Shown: piece after piece, positions 27,325-35,830 of the stretch
Layout: each line of letters starts with the position of its first letter
Numbering within the stretch: the stretch's first letter is position 1
IMG/VR virus record: IMGVR_UViG_3300017589_000277
Coordinates: 1 to 44,328 of that record
DNA: 44,328 bases
Strand: one strand, 5' to 3'
Source: a virus
Taxonomy: Duplodnaviria; Caudoviricetes
The notes under the pieces: model-generated
The model's input: the letters and a program-made list of their open reading frames with translations, nothing else
Database searches by the model: none
Told to the model about the DNA's origin: nothing
Position numbers and translations under genes: made by a program

Positions 27325-27485
27325 TGCTTCTCCTTTTCATTGTTTTTCTTATACTCATCAAATTCCGAAGAAAGTCTCTTGCATTTGTCTGAATAATATT
27401 TTAGAGCCAATATTGATAATAAAATAAAGAGACTGCCCGATATAGTTCCTATAACTGTCAAAATTTCGTTAACAAGTTCCATCAT
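27321..27485 (-). CDS. Small single-TM protein (54 aa), not in ORF track
   Basis: GAGGAG RBS; MMELVNEILTVIGTISGSLFILLSILALKYY... Confidence 0.6.
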   Translation of the reverse strand: MMELVNEILTVIGTISGSLFILLSILALKYYSDKCKRLSSEFDEYKKNNEKEKQ

Positions 27486-27837
27486 TCATCTCCTCTATCC
27501 GTTTTTGGGCGGCTGCTTCGGTTAAAAATATTGTTTTGCCGATAGCGTAATCGCAAAATCCTCGTAAGTTGGTATAGATGCCCTTTACCAGTTCCCAATC
27601 AAGATACAGCCCGTGTTTTGTAACCGTAATTGATATTACTTTGTAGGTTGATATAATATTTCTACCGCCGTTAGCCTCGTACACCGTATCCCCCACATTG
27701 CACGGCAACAGAATCACTCCGTCCTCCGTCAGCTTCTCCGCTATGTACTTAGCGTGTTGTTCGGGGTAGTCCACCGTGTTCATTTCGTCCATCGCGCCGT
27801 TGAGGTGCTTGATTAAAAGCTGTTCAAGTGTTTGCAT
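27469..27837 (-). CDS. Hypothetical phage protein
   Basis: LPCNVGDTVY and IGKTIFLTEAAA motifs. Confidence 0.75.
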   Translation of the reverse strand: MQTLEQLLIKHLNGAMDEMNTVDYPEQHAKYIAEKLTEDGVILLPCNVGDTVYEANGGRNIISTYKVISITVTKHGLYLDWELVKGIYTNLRGFCDYAIGKTIFLTEAAAQKRIEEMNDGTC

Positions 27838-28108
27838 GGGGTTTCTCCTTTACGGTAATTATGCCTCTGTCGTAGCAAGACTTAGCTACTATGCTTAGCT
27901 TGCCGCCTAATGCGTGAGCGGTATTTGCAAGATCGTTTTTTACAGATAAAGCCACCTCGTGTGTTTTAAAAACTTTAACTTTTGTTATGTCAAAACAAAA
28001 ACTGTGTCCATTCCAGACGGCGGTGTCTGCATTGCGCCTTATAACAAACGTATCGTTAGGGGCTAATGCATTGATAATTTCGTTCATTTCTTTGTCGGCT
28101 TGATTCAT
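27824..28108 (-). CDS. Hypothetical protein
   Basis: Coupled ORF with RBS. Confidence 0.65.
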   Translation of the reverse strand: MNQADKEMNEIINALAPNDTFVIRRNADTAVWNGHSFCFDITKVKVFKTHEVALSVKNDLANTAHALGGKLSIVAKSCYDRGIITVKEKPHANT

Positions 28109-28338
28109 TATTCCTCTTCCTCCTCATCATCGTCAAACTCGCAAATTTCAACCAAAACGCAATCTGATTGTTTTGCAAGTTCAATTTCAACAAGCTGTTT
28201 AACAGTTTCTTTAACGTTTAGCTCCGCGTCTGCATATTCAAAAACATCGTCCGGAAGATGAAAATCTTTGCCCAAGTCTACAAAACTTGAATGTACATAG
28301 TTACTGGTTTTACCACGATATGTATAATAACAAATCAT
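28108..28338 (-). CDS. Hypothetical acidic protein
   Basis: Coupled ORF; acidic tail DDDEEEEE. Confidence 0.65.
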   Translation of the reverse strand: MICYYTYRGKTSNYVHSSFVDLGKDFHLPDDVFEYADAELNVKETVKQLVEIELAKQSDCVLVEICEFDDDEEEEE

Positions 28339-28679
28339 AACTTCCCCTCCCCGTCGAACGAAGCGGCGACTTCTGTTGTTGCTTGCAGTATTCCGTTTGT
28401 GAACATACCACGGTCACGCCGATTGCCTTGACACATAACCTCATAATCGTGTTCAGAGATTAATTTGGTTAGCTTCTCCGCAAACTCTTTCACCGTGTCG
28501 CTCTGCTTGCGGTAGCCTGCGGCGATAAGGGCGGTGGCGATACTTTCGCTATACTCCTTATTGTGTGGGCAGCCTTTGCATTGAAAAAACCTATCACAAA
28601 AATTACTTTGTGTCATGCAAGAGAATTTTGTTTGTGCTACATTTGCCATTTCCTCAACGGCTTTTTGTTCATCAGTCAT
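28335..28679 (-). CDS. Hypothetical protein
   Basis: GGAGG RBS; Cys cluster; AGYRK...VKEFAEKL motif. Confidence 0.7.
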   Translation of the reverse strand: MTDEQKAVEEMANVAQTKFSCMTQSNFCDRFFQCKGCPHNKEYSESIATALIAAGYRKQSDTVKEFAEKLTKLISEHDYEVMCQGNRRDRGMFTNGILQATTEVAASFDGEGKL

Positions 28680-28690
28680 TTTGTGCCTCC

Positions 28691-28882
28691 TTATGCACCT
28701 GAAACGGTGCCATCTGTCGCGTGATTAAAAATCACAATGTCGCAATCCTTGTCACATACTAAAACATTTACGCCTAATATTTCGGCAAATGTTTGTGCTA
28801 GTTCTGATCTCTTTTCTTTTGATATTTTATCGTTTGGAAAAGAAAACAAAATTGATGTGGTGTTTCCGTTAAATTCCTTCAT
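28691..28882 (-). CDS. Hypothetical protein
   Basis: Start revised to MKEFNG with AAGGAG RBS. Confidence 0.6.
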   Translation of the reverse strand: MKEFNGNTTSILFSFPNDKISKEKRSELAQTFAEILGVNVLVCDKDCDIVIFNHATDGTVSGA

Positions 28883-29084
28883 CTTCTTTCTCCTTCGCCT
28901 CGGCGATTTCTGTTGAGGTGCGTAGAGGGCACCAAGATGGACGATTAACAAACATATTATTTTTTATTTGTTTATTTTCACTTGCGCTACAATATGGCTT
29001 GTATACGTCAGCTAATCGTATTAATTTGCATTCGCTACAGCTTTTTGGCATATTTTCAATGCCTGGGTCAGTGTATATTTTCAT
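28869..29084 (-). CDS. Small Cys-rich protein
   Basis: MPKSCSEC...C...RPSWCPL motif. Confidence 0.75.
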   Translation of the reverse strand: MKIYTDPGIENMPKSCSECKLIRLADVYKPYCSASENKQIKNNMFVNRPSWCPLRTSTEIAEAKEKEDEGI

Positions 29085-29371
29085 TCTGTTACCTCCTCCT
29101 TTCTCGCCTCTGCGTAAGCCGCGCGGACGGCTTCGTTTAATCTCAATAAAGCTATTTTGTTAAGGTCGTCCGTGACTGCGTATCTTTCAAAAACGATTCT
29201 TCCGTCTTTCGTAATTGTTGGGAATTGTTTATTCTGAGCCAACCACAGCAGCATCTCCGCGGTCGTGGGGTCGGGTTGTGTCCTTCTATCACAATCAAAA
29301 ATACATTCCTTTGTGTCAAGATGACATTTGCTTCTTGTGTTTTGACCGCATATTTTTGTTAAACAAATCAT
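29081..29371 (-). CDS. Hypothetical protein
   Basis: GAGGAG RBS, coupled to next gene. Confidence 0.65.
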   Translation of the reverse strand: MICLTKICGQNTRSKCHLDTKECIFDCDRRTQPDPTTAEMLLWLAQNKQFPTITKDGRIVFERYAVTDDLNKIALLRLNEAVRAAYAEARKEEVTE

Positions 29372-29422
29372 GTTAAATCTCCTCTGCCCAATCGGGCGTT
29401 TCTATGCTTTTCATTGTGCCTC

Positions 29423-29620
29423 CTAAAAATTATCTTCACCTTCGTGAACTTCAAATGTTTTATTACATTCAGAACACTCAACTTCTGCTGTTTGCGAATA
29501 CCATAAATCCCCAAACATTTCGCTTGCTTCCTCAACAGAATATTTCATTTCGTTTTCGCAAAATGGGCAAGTTATTGTAATTCCAGATAATGTAAATTCT
29601 CTCATAAATTTTGTTTTCAT
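29423..29620 (-). CDS. Zinc-ribbon protein
   Basis: CPFC...CSEC. Confidence 0.7.
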   Translation of the reverse strand: MKTKFMREFTLSGITITCPFCENEMKYSVEEASEMFGDLWYSQTAEVECSECNKTFEVHEGEDNF

Positions 29621-29623
29621 TCC

Positions 29624-29848
29624 TTACTCCTTCGGGCTTTCATCTTCGACCAGTCCGGCGGTGATTAGGTCTTGTATTAACAAGCGTCCTCTGTACGGTT
29701 TGTGATAAGATATATAGCCGAGTCTATCAAGTCTTAATATTTTTCCGTCTTTCCATATTGCGATTTTATCCCTCACATACATATCGCCCCAACAACGCTT
29801 AAACCCAAACTTTTCCAGTTCGTTTATTTTGTCAGCTTTGATTTTCAT
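29624..29848 (-). CDS. Hypothetical protein
   Basis: LEKFGFK...DLITAGLVE motif. Confidence 0.7.
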   Translation of the reverse strand: MKIKADKINELEKFGFKRCWGDMYVRDKIAIWKDGKILRLDRLGYISYHKPYRGRLLIQDLITAGLVEDESPKE

Positions 29849-30608
29849 CGGCGGTCTCCTTGCTTAATATCGAATTTGCTGCCGTCTGAACTTCTTGCGC
29901 GTCTCTTAATAATGCTTCAGCCATACTTTGAATAGATTTTATATTGCTTGTTACTAATCTTAATGATTTTGCCGCCTTTAACTTGTCAATAATATCTCGC
30001 GTTGGCTCCCATTCGTTAAGTGTAATTCCTGTCGCTTCAGCTATTTGCTTAATTTTTTCTTGAAGTTTTTTGTATCTTTCAAGGTCATATTTAATGCTGT
30101 ATGAGGCGTTTTCTATTATTTGTGCTTCTTTTTCTTTTGATATTTTTATTGCGCGCCCCTCAAGCAAACGCTCTCTTCCTCGTAACATTGCGGCTAAAAA
30201 TCCTTGTGTCGGTGCCAGCTTATCAAGTTTTTCTGCTTTATGTTTTTGACGTAAACTGCCATTTTCATATTCAATAACTCCCCAAGTGGGAGGCAAAACA
30301 AAACTGCTTGTTAATCCTTTCGGCGTAACCAAAAACCAGTAATCACAGAAACGCGCTATTTCGTCTGATTTTATTCCGTTTTCAAGTTCGGATTTTAAGT
30401 CTGATTTAGAAACTTTAATTTCAAATCCCCTTGTCTCAAATCCTTTGGAAGGATATGAATTTATAGCCACCGCATCGGCGTGTCTTCTACAATTAAACCC
30501 AGTGCTATTCCCGACTTCAAATCCTATGTACCATTCCGGAGACGCGTATGATTGTTCTAGCGCGTTTCGTATGTCTTCTGCCGTCACTTTAGTTTCTATA
30601 TCGCTCAC
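29832..30608 (-). CDS. MmcB-like PD-(D/E)xK nuclease-fold protein
   Basis: FEV...RHADAV...GFEIKVSKSDL...CDYWFLVTP...WGV. Confidence 0.75.
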   Translation of the reverse strand: MSDIETKVTAEDIRNALEQSYASPEWYIGFEVGNSTGFNCRRHADAVAINSYPSKGFETRGFEIKVSKSDLKSELENGIKSDEIARFCDYWFLVTPKGLTSSFVLPPTWGVIEYENGSLRQKHKAEKLDKLAPTQGFLAAMLRGRERLLEGRAIKISKEKEAQIIENASYSIKYDLERYKKLQEKIKQIAEATGITLNEWEPTRDIIDKLKAAKSLRLVTSNIKSIQSMAEALLRDAQEVQTAANSILSKETADENQS

Positions 30609-31558
30609 CCCTCCACCTCCACCGTTTCGCTCATCTCGGCGATTTCGGACTCAAAGGGTTGACCGCCGTCGTCATTGTCCACCGCCTTGTCCCACGGCGT
30701 TTGCAGTTCGTAATCTCTTTGTGCGGCATCAAAGCCGTTGTTATAGTTGCTCATGGTTAAATCCTCCATATAATTTTCTATTGATATTTGTCTGCTTGCT
30801 AACTCTTGTTGCTTCAATTCAATATGTATTTTTCGTTCTACCTCTTGCACGGTTAATCCGTACTTAAAACCGTATGAACATAAATTCGGTGTTTTTGATA
30901 GTTCTACAAGCCGTTGCCATAGATGCGGTTGCCGTGTGTAAAGTTCGGCAAACTGTGATATTGTGCGATTGGGACAAAACCAACAACCTTGACGGCGGTT
31001 GCATTTTCTAAGATATAAAGGTGATAACAAATTGTAGTCTGCGCATAGTTCAAGTGCCATAAGTTCGGTATAGCCGTACTGCTCTAAAAGTGATACGTTA
31101 TTTCCCTTTCTTGCTTTCATGTTTTGTAAGCGTTCGGGTTCGTCTATTGCTAAACCTTGATAACTTATTGTTTTAATGTCGCAAAATTGTTTAATGTATT
31201 TATCAATAGGTCTTATCTTTAAACGACTATTTAATTGACAAATACCTCCTATCGGAAACCCGCAATGCTTGCCTTCTGACTTCGACTTTGATGTTAATTT
31301 TTTAAAAAACAAACTCAAATAATCGTCTTTATCTCTCAATATCTCAACATCATAACCCCAACTTTCAAACATCGGTTTTGCAACATTGTAAACCCATTCA
31401 ATATGTTCGCTGTCTTCGCCGCTTATATTTTCTTCGTGCGAAAACATCACTTCGGACATAATAATTTTGTCTATCGGTATGCTGTGGATATGCGCGAGAA
31501 TCACACTTGCAGTACTGTCTTTGCCTCCACTCCAACATAAGATGCTGTTTAACGCCAT
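30605..31558 (-). CDS. PAPS-reductase-family (PP-loop) protein
   Basis: WSGGKDST PP-loop; CQLNSRLKIRP; GLAIDEPER; RQGCWFCPN. Confidence 0.85.
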   Translation of the reverse strand: MALNSILCWSGGKDSTASVILAHIHSIPIDKIIMSEVMFSHEENISGEDSEHIEWVYNVAKPMFESWGYDVEILRDKDDYLSLFFKKLTSKSKSEGKHCGFPIGGICQLNSRLKIRPIDKYIKQFCDIKTISYQGLAIDEPERLQNMKARKGNNVSLLEQYGYTELMALELCADYNLLSPLYLRKCNRRQGCWFCPNRTISQFAELYTRQPHLWQRLVELSKTPNLCSYGFKYGLTVQEVERKIHIELKQQELASRQISIENYMEDLTMSNYNNGFDAAQRDYELQTPWDKAVDNDDGGQPFESEIAEMSETVEVEG

Positions 31559-31595
31559 ATCTCCTCCATTTAGTTAAGTTGTTTGAATATTGCTT

Positions 31596-32879
31596 CTAAT
31601 AGTTCCAATTTGAGTTCCGCAGCTGAAACGCATCACCTCTATGCTCTATGTACGGAAAATTGGTTGATGCCGTTTGTATAGCGTATTTGTCAATTTCGTA
31701 ATCAACGCACCTCACGACATTTGCTCCTAACTCCGTAAGAGTGATAATGTCACAATTCATTCCGCTGTACATTGATAAGACTTCCACGGTGCAATTACTT
31801 ATGTTTGGTATGTAACTTAAAATATGCTTGATAACTTCGATCGTCCAACCGTTGCCAAGCAGCTTGTAATTTTGCGATGCCGAACACGGCATTTTGTACC
31901 AGTCGGGAATTGTCTGTAATCTCCGGCACTCATTAACTGTCAACTTGCGGATTATGTAAAGCCCATCGGGCAGCTTGATTGGATATGTCTTGTCTTTGAT
32001 TTCGATTAAACCGTTTTTGACTTCGTAGACAGGATAGGTTTTGCCGTTGTATGGCATTTCTAACGGACACGCATACAGCCCCGTTTTAGCCCCTACGCCT
32101 CCACCTTGACCGCACAGAGTAGTTGACTTGCCATCGGGCGAATAAACGCGGTATTGCTTGCTGTCGTGCTGATAGCCGCCTTCGTGTTCTATTGTACCGA
32201 TGCGGATAGGCTCAATTATTTTCATTTTTGCCGCGTGTCCAGAAGTAACCGTGTCACATTTATCATCAGTAAACATAACGGTGTAGCCTTGCGACGTCCC
32301 TTGCCCATCCTTACCAGAACAACGAATACTGCTGTCAGAAACAATTAATTCGCAACCTTTGCGCGGATTATAATTGACAGGCTCGGCAACCATTGACCGT
32401 TGTGACCTTTCAAGCGTGTTCCAATCGCAAGCAAATTTATAACTTGCTGTAAGCGCATATGCTTTTTCGTTCCATGCCACACCGCTATCTAAAACATCTC
32501 TTAGCAAAATTCCTCTGTCTTCCGGTTGCGGTACGCCGGGTATATTGTGACCGTAAAACCTTTGGCGGTTTTGTGCGGATACCAACGCGCTGTTTATGTA
32601 TTGCAGATTCACGCCTAGCTCTTGACTGATTTGGTCTTTTATCGGTTGAGTTGCCGATTTGTTGTTCTCGTAAAGAAAGTAGTCTGGCTTGAATTTATCC
32701 CTTGCATAAAGGTAGTTTTTGAACAGTTCCCAGCCGATGCCGCTTGCTTCTGTTTCACGGTCTTTACTCTGTGCAATGCTCCAATGCGTACACGGAGAAC
32801 CGCCCAAAAGAATTTTTAGATGCTTCTTTGCCGTCTGCGCTGGAGGGTCAAAAAAACTGTAATTATTTCCGTAGTGCAT
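31596..32879 (-). CDS. Circularly permuted DNA (cytosine-5) methyltransferase
   Basis: Order: IV GGSPC, VI ENN, VIII QNRQR, TRD, IX RKLTVNECRRLQ, X LGNGW, then I VLSMYSGM, II EIDKYA, III GDA. Confidence 0.85.
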   Translation of the reverse strand: MHYGNNYSFFDPPAQTAKKHLKILLGGSPCTHWSIAQSKDRETEASGIGWELFKNYLYARDKFKPDYFLYENNKSATQPIKDQISQELGVNLQYINSALVSAQNRQRFYGHNIPGVPQPEDRGILLRDVLDSGVAWNEKAYALTASYKFACDWNTLERSQRSMVAEPVNYNPRKGCELIVSDSSIRCSGKDGQGTSQGYTVMFTDDKCDTVTSGHAAKMKIIEPIRIGTIEHEGGYQHDSKQYRVYSPDGKSTTLCGQGGGVGAKTGLYACPLEMPYNGKTYPVYEVKNGLIEIKDKTYPIKLPDGLYIIRKLTVNECRRLQTIPDWYKMPCSASQNYKLLGNGWTIEVIKHILSYIPNISNCTVEVLSMYSGMNCDIITLTELGANVVRCVDYEIDKYAIQTASTNFPYIEHRGDAFQLRNSNWNY

Positions 32880-32918
32880 CGTATCTCCTTTACCGCGGCG
32901 TGGCGGTTAGTGCATTGT

Positions 32919-33257
32919 TTAACTCGTTTTTTCATCACTTTCGTTTCGCGCTTTAATAATTTTCTTTGCTTCACATGTGGCTAAATATGTGCTTTTTGCG
33001 TTTTGAGCCAGCCAATCATCGCGTTTTATCTTTGCATTAAGGTTTGTCCGATAGTCATTTTGGTTATGCTTAGGAGTGCGAACATTGTCTTGCGCAAACA
33101 TTGTCGGAGAGTACATCCTTCCAATATGAATATTTGGGTGATTGTGTGGCATTATTTCGTATATATCGCGGCTTGAACACGCTTCCAAAGCATCCGTTAC
33201 ATCACAATCAAACTCATTACAATGGCTCCCGCATTTTTGCTTACAAGCCGAACACAT
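32919..33257 (-). CDS. Hypothetical Cys-rich protein
   Basis: ORF fills the gap between the two MTases; start uncertain. Confidence 0.5.
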   Translation of the reverse strand: MCSACKQKCGSHCNEFDCDVTDALEACSSRDIYEIMPHNHPNIHIGRMYSPTMFAQDNVRTPKHNQNDYRTNLNAKIKRDDWLAQNAKSTYLATCEAKKIIKARNESDEKTS

Positions 33258-33283
33258 CGTGTCATAATAATTAACATATTTGT

Positions 33284-33763
33284 TTATTTGTTATTTGCCC
33301 TCCTTGTCAAAATGTCGTACATCGTCTGCCCTGTTTCGGGGTTGTTTCTCCAAATAACTAACATTGACGGAAACGGCGCGCCAGTCTTTGCGTTTCCAAA
33401 CTTCAGCCGTCCTCTAATAAATCGTAGTTCAGCCGTTGGATATATGTAGTTATGGAAGTATGCCGTATCGGTTCTCGCCGGAATGAGCATGACAACCGTT
33501 GCGCCTCGTAAGTGTTCCCAGAAGCATTTTTCAACCCACTTGCCGATCTCTTTGCCGTAAGGTGGATTGCAGAATACCGTTTCGCCTGTCCAGTCCTGTA
33601 ATAGTCCGTCTTCGGAAACCGTGTAATACTTTGCGCATTTTGCAGTTTCGGCGGTGGCACACGGGTCAAGCGTGAAATGAAATTCAGAGTCAAGCGTTTT
33701 GAAAAACTCTTTCGGCGTTTCCCATGTCTGATCTTTACTGCTAAAAAATAAGTCGTTATTCAT
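33284..33763 (-). CDS. Phage N6-adenine DNA methyltransferase (Dam-like, PF05869 type)
   Basis: WETP, FTLDPCA, FCNPPYG, LIPARTDT, GRLKF, APFPS; start revised to MNNDL. Confidence 0.9.
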   Translation of the reverse strand: MNNDLFFSSKDQTWETPKEFFKTLDSEFHFTLDPCATAETAKCAKYYTVSEDGLLQDWTGETVFCNPPYGKEIGKWVEKCFWEHLRGATVVMLIPARTDTAYFHNYIYPTAELRFIRGRLKFGNAKTGAPFPSMLVIWRNNPETGQTMYDILTRRANNK

Positions 33764-33951
33764 GTTATGCACCTCAAAATCTGATACATATTTTCTGCGG
33801 TTTCTTTCTTCCCATGCACCCGTAGTATCGCCCGTAACCCTGTGTAGGTCTTCGGTCTACCGATTCCGCAAGCTGTGCCGTTCTGTGGCTGTACGGGGCA
33901 ATGCGGGGTTCGTGGGTTGGCGTAGGGGGTTGAGCGAGTGATGATGATCAT
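33760..33951 (-). CDS. Hypothetical protein
   Basis: Overlaps neighbouring start/stop codons on both sides. Confidence 0.45.
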   Translation of the reverse strand: MIIITRSTPYANPRTPHCPVQPQNGTACGIGRPKTYTGLRAILRVHGKKETAENMYQILRCIT

Positions 33952-34118
33952 AGGTCAATTTCCAATAATTCTTTAATCTGCCGCTTACAGTCTTCGTATG
34001 CCTGTGGGGATACGCTCGCCTCAGGACAGTCGCGCAGTTGACGGACATAAAAACGATAAATGTCTATATCGCCTTTATCTTCGCGCATGATGTTGTAAAT
34101 AATTTGATCAAACGGCAT
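33948..34118 (-). CDS. Small protein (56 aa), not in ORF track
   Basis: MPFDQIIYNIMREDKGDID...LLEIDL*; AGGGG RBS right after initiator stop. Confidence 0.6.
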   Translation of the reverse strand: MPFDQIIYNIMREDKGDIDIYRFYVRQLRDCPEASVSPQAYEDCKRQIKELLEIDL

Positions 34119-34119
34119 A

Positions 34120-34938
34120 TTATAATCCCCTTTGTTTTTTCCACTCGGTTAATATTTTTGTGATATACTGCATCGGGTCTGTTATATCGCGCCGCGTCCA
34201 CTTGCCACCCTTGCCGCCGGAAAAAAACCGCTGTCTAATTTCTCCGATGTCTTTATTATCTAAAGTATTTATAAGGTTTGAAAAGTTAGGCTTCTCTTCG
34301 GCGATCTGTATAATAGTGTCTATAACGACATCAAGTGTTTCGTGTTCGTGATAACAAAGTTCTCCGACAAATGAAAGATTCTCATATCCGACCTGCGCCA
34401 TAAGTTTCTCTTTATTAATAACACACGCGCACCCGCCCGTTATCTTTTCATTCTCTTTACTTAGTTTAGCAGCATATATAATCTTATCTTCTCTTCTAGG
34501 TAGAACTTCGCTAGAACATTGCTTAACAGTTGCTACGACTTCTTCTAGCGATTGGTTAGCGTTCGGTATACTGTTTTCTTCCGACTGCATAGCGTTTTTT
34601 GCTTTTGCTTGACCGCCTAAACTACCGCTTGCTTTCGCCTTTTCCGACTTATCAGCAATCTCTGAAAGTGTAGCCAAAACGCGATCAGAGAAATACTTTC
34701 CTTTCTTAAATTGAAAGAGGTCAAAGTCTTTCAGGATAGACATAACAAACGGTTCATCCGCGCGAATGTCATACGCAAGGTCTTTCGCTGTATCTTCTGT
34801 TATGTACCCGCCCTGCTCGTAAAGCGTCTCCACGATTACCCAATAAGAACCGTATCCTGCTGCGCCGTGAACGCGGATAAGTCTCTTTAGCTTCGGGTCA
34901 AGCCTCGCATAAAAATCATGTTTGAAGTAGTTCTTCAT
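34120..34938 (-). CDS. Replication initiator (DUF4373 / Lin1244-like N-terminal wHTH)
   Basis: YFKHD..ARLDPKL...GAAGYGSYWVIVETL; KAKASGSLGG; internal repeats. Confidence 0.8.
   Translation of the reverse strand: MKNYFKHDFYARLDPKLKRLIRVHGAAGYGSYWVIVETLYEQGGYITEDTAKDLAYDIRADEPFVMSILKDFDLFQFKKGKYFSDRVLATLSEIADKSEKAKASGSLGGQAKAKNAMQSEENSIPNANQSLEEVVATVKQCSSEVLPRREDKIIYAAKLSKENEKITGGCACVINKEKLMAQVGYENLSFVGELCYHEHETLDVVIDTIIQIAEEKPNFSNLINTLDNKDIGEIRQRFFSGGKGGKWTRRDITDPMQYITKILTEWKKQRGL
34501..34567. repeat. Degenerate ~11-bp iterons (putative origin)
   Basis: tagaacttcgc/tagaacattgc/ttaacagttgc/tacgacttcttc/tagcgattggt/tagcgttcggt next to an AT-rich tract. Confidence 0.55.
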
Positions 34939-34940
34939 CG

Positions 34941-35360
34941 TTAGACCTCTATCTTTTCAATCGTCACAATCACTTTTGATTCTTCGCCGTAGACCTTGCG
35001 TATCGTCATCTCGCAAATCTGTTTATCGTCAGCGTATGCAAACGCGTTGAGTGCGTCGGCGATAATCTTCCCGATGTTGTCGCAGTCCGGCTTTACCGTG
35101 GGTCTTACAAGCCCTGCAAGAGCATCGGCGCGCTTCTTACGGCTGAATGATGCGGGTATCGGGAACACGGCGGTTATAACCATTTTGAGCGCGTCCACGG
35201 GCTCGTGAAAGCCTTTGACAGATTGCCGATAGCATAATTTGACGTAGCCCTCGTAATTAGTAGTGGTGTCCGGCGTGTACGCTCTCGCATATGCTCCGCG
35301 CATCGTTACGCGGGCTCTCGCCTTTCCCTGTGGTTTTCCGGGCACCTCAAACGTTGCCAT
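34941..35360 (-). CDS. rusA: RusA-family Holliday junction resolvase
   Basis: GKPQGKARAR; KPDCDNIGKIIADALN...DDKQI. Confidence 0.9.
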   Translation of the reverse strand: MATFEVPGKPQGKARARVTMRGAYARAYTPDTTTNYEGYVKLCYRQSVKGFHEPVDALKMVITAVFPIPASFSRKKRADALAGLVRPTVKPDCDNIGKIIADALNAFAYADDKQICEMTIRKVYGEESKVIVTIEKIEV

Positions 35361-35757
35361 GATCGCCTCCGCATAGGCTCTCTACCGCTTCGCGCTGATA
35401 GGGAGTTAAGGGCATGATGTATTGACCGTCGCGCTTCGCTTTTTCCGATAAAGACTTTACAAGATTGAGATGCTCGATCGCATGGCGGAATATAATTCCG
35501 ATAACAACAGAAGCGTTCTTTTTGTCCACCCAGTAGTATCCTTTCGGGCAAGAAATTATTACATTGTCAAATGTCGGGTCTTTGCGGATCGTATGTATAA
35601 CCGCCTTAACCTTGCGGTATGCGGTCTCCGTGTTCATGTCTGGGAAATACCGCTGAGCAAGAGATAAACACGGCACCGCGCTTTCTTTGCCTTGATGTTT
35701 CGCGAGTTCGTCGTAGATTCTATATACGACAGGCGGGTGGTTTTTCTTCGTTTCCAT
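35347..35757 (-). CDS. Winged-helix-like DNA-binding protein
   Basis: Start revised to METKKNH (GGAGG RBS); IISCPKGYYW wing motif. Confidence 0.65.
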   Translation of the reverse strand: METKKNHPPVVYRIYDELAKHQGKESAVPCLSLAQRYFPDMNTETAYRKVKAVIHTIRKDPTFDNVIISCPKGYYWVDKKNASVVIGIIFRHAIEHLNLVKSLSEKAKRDGQYIMPLTPYQREAVESLCGGDHGNV

Positions 35758-35830
35758 GGTGACCTCCGTTTGTGCATATTTCGTAGTTAAGGCTACCGAA
35801 TGTTGCCACGCGGTAGCCTGTTTGAGTTCG

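Noticed and set aside
29832-32879. Type II restriction-modification system
   Set aside because: The nuclease-fold gene looks MmcB-like, a common stand-alone phage gene; nothing links it to either MTase as a cognate pair.
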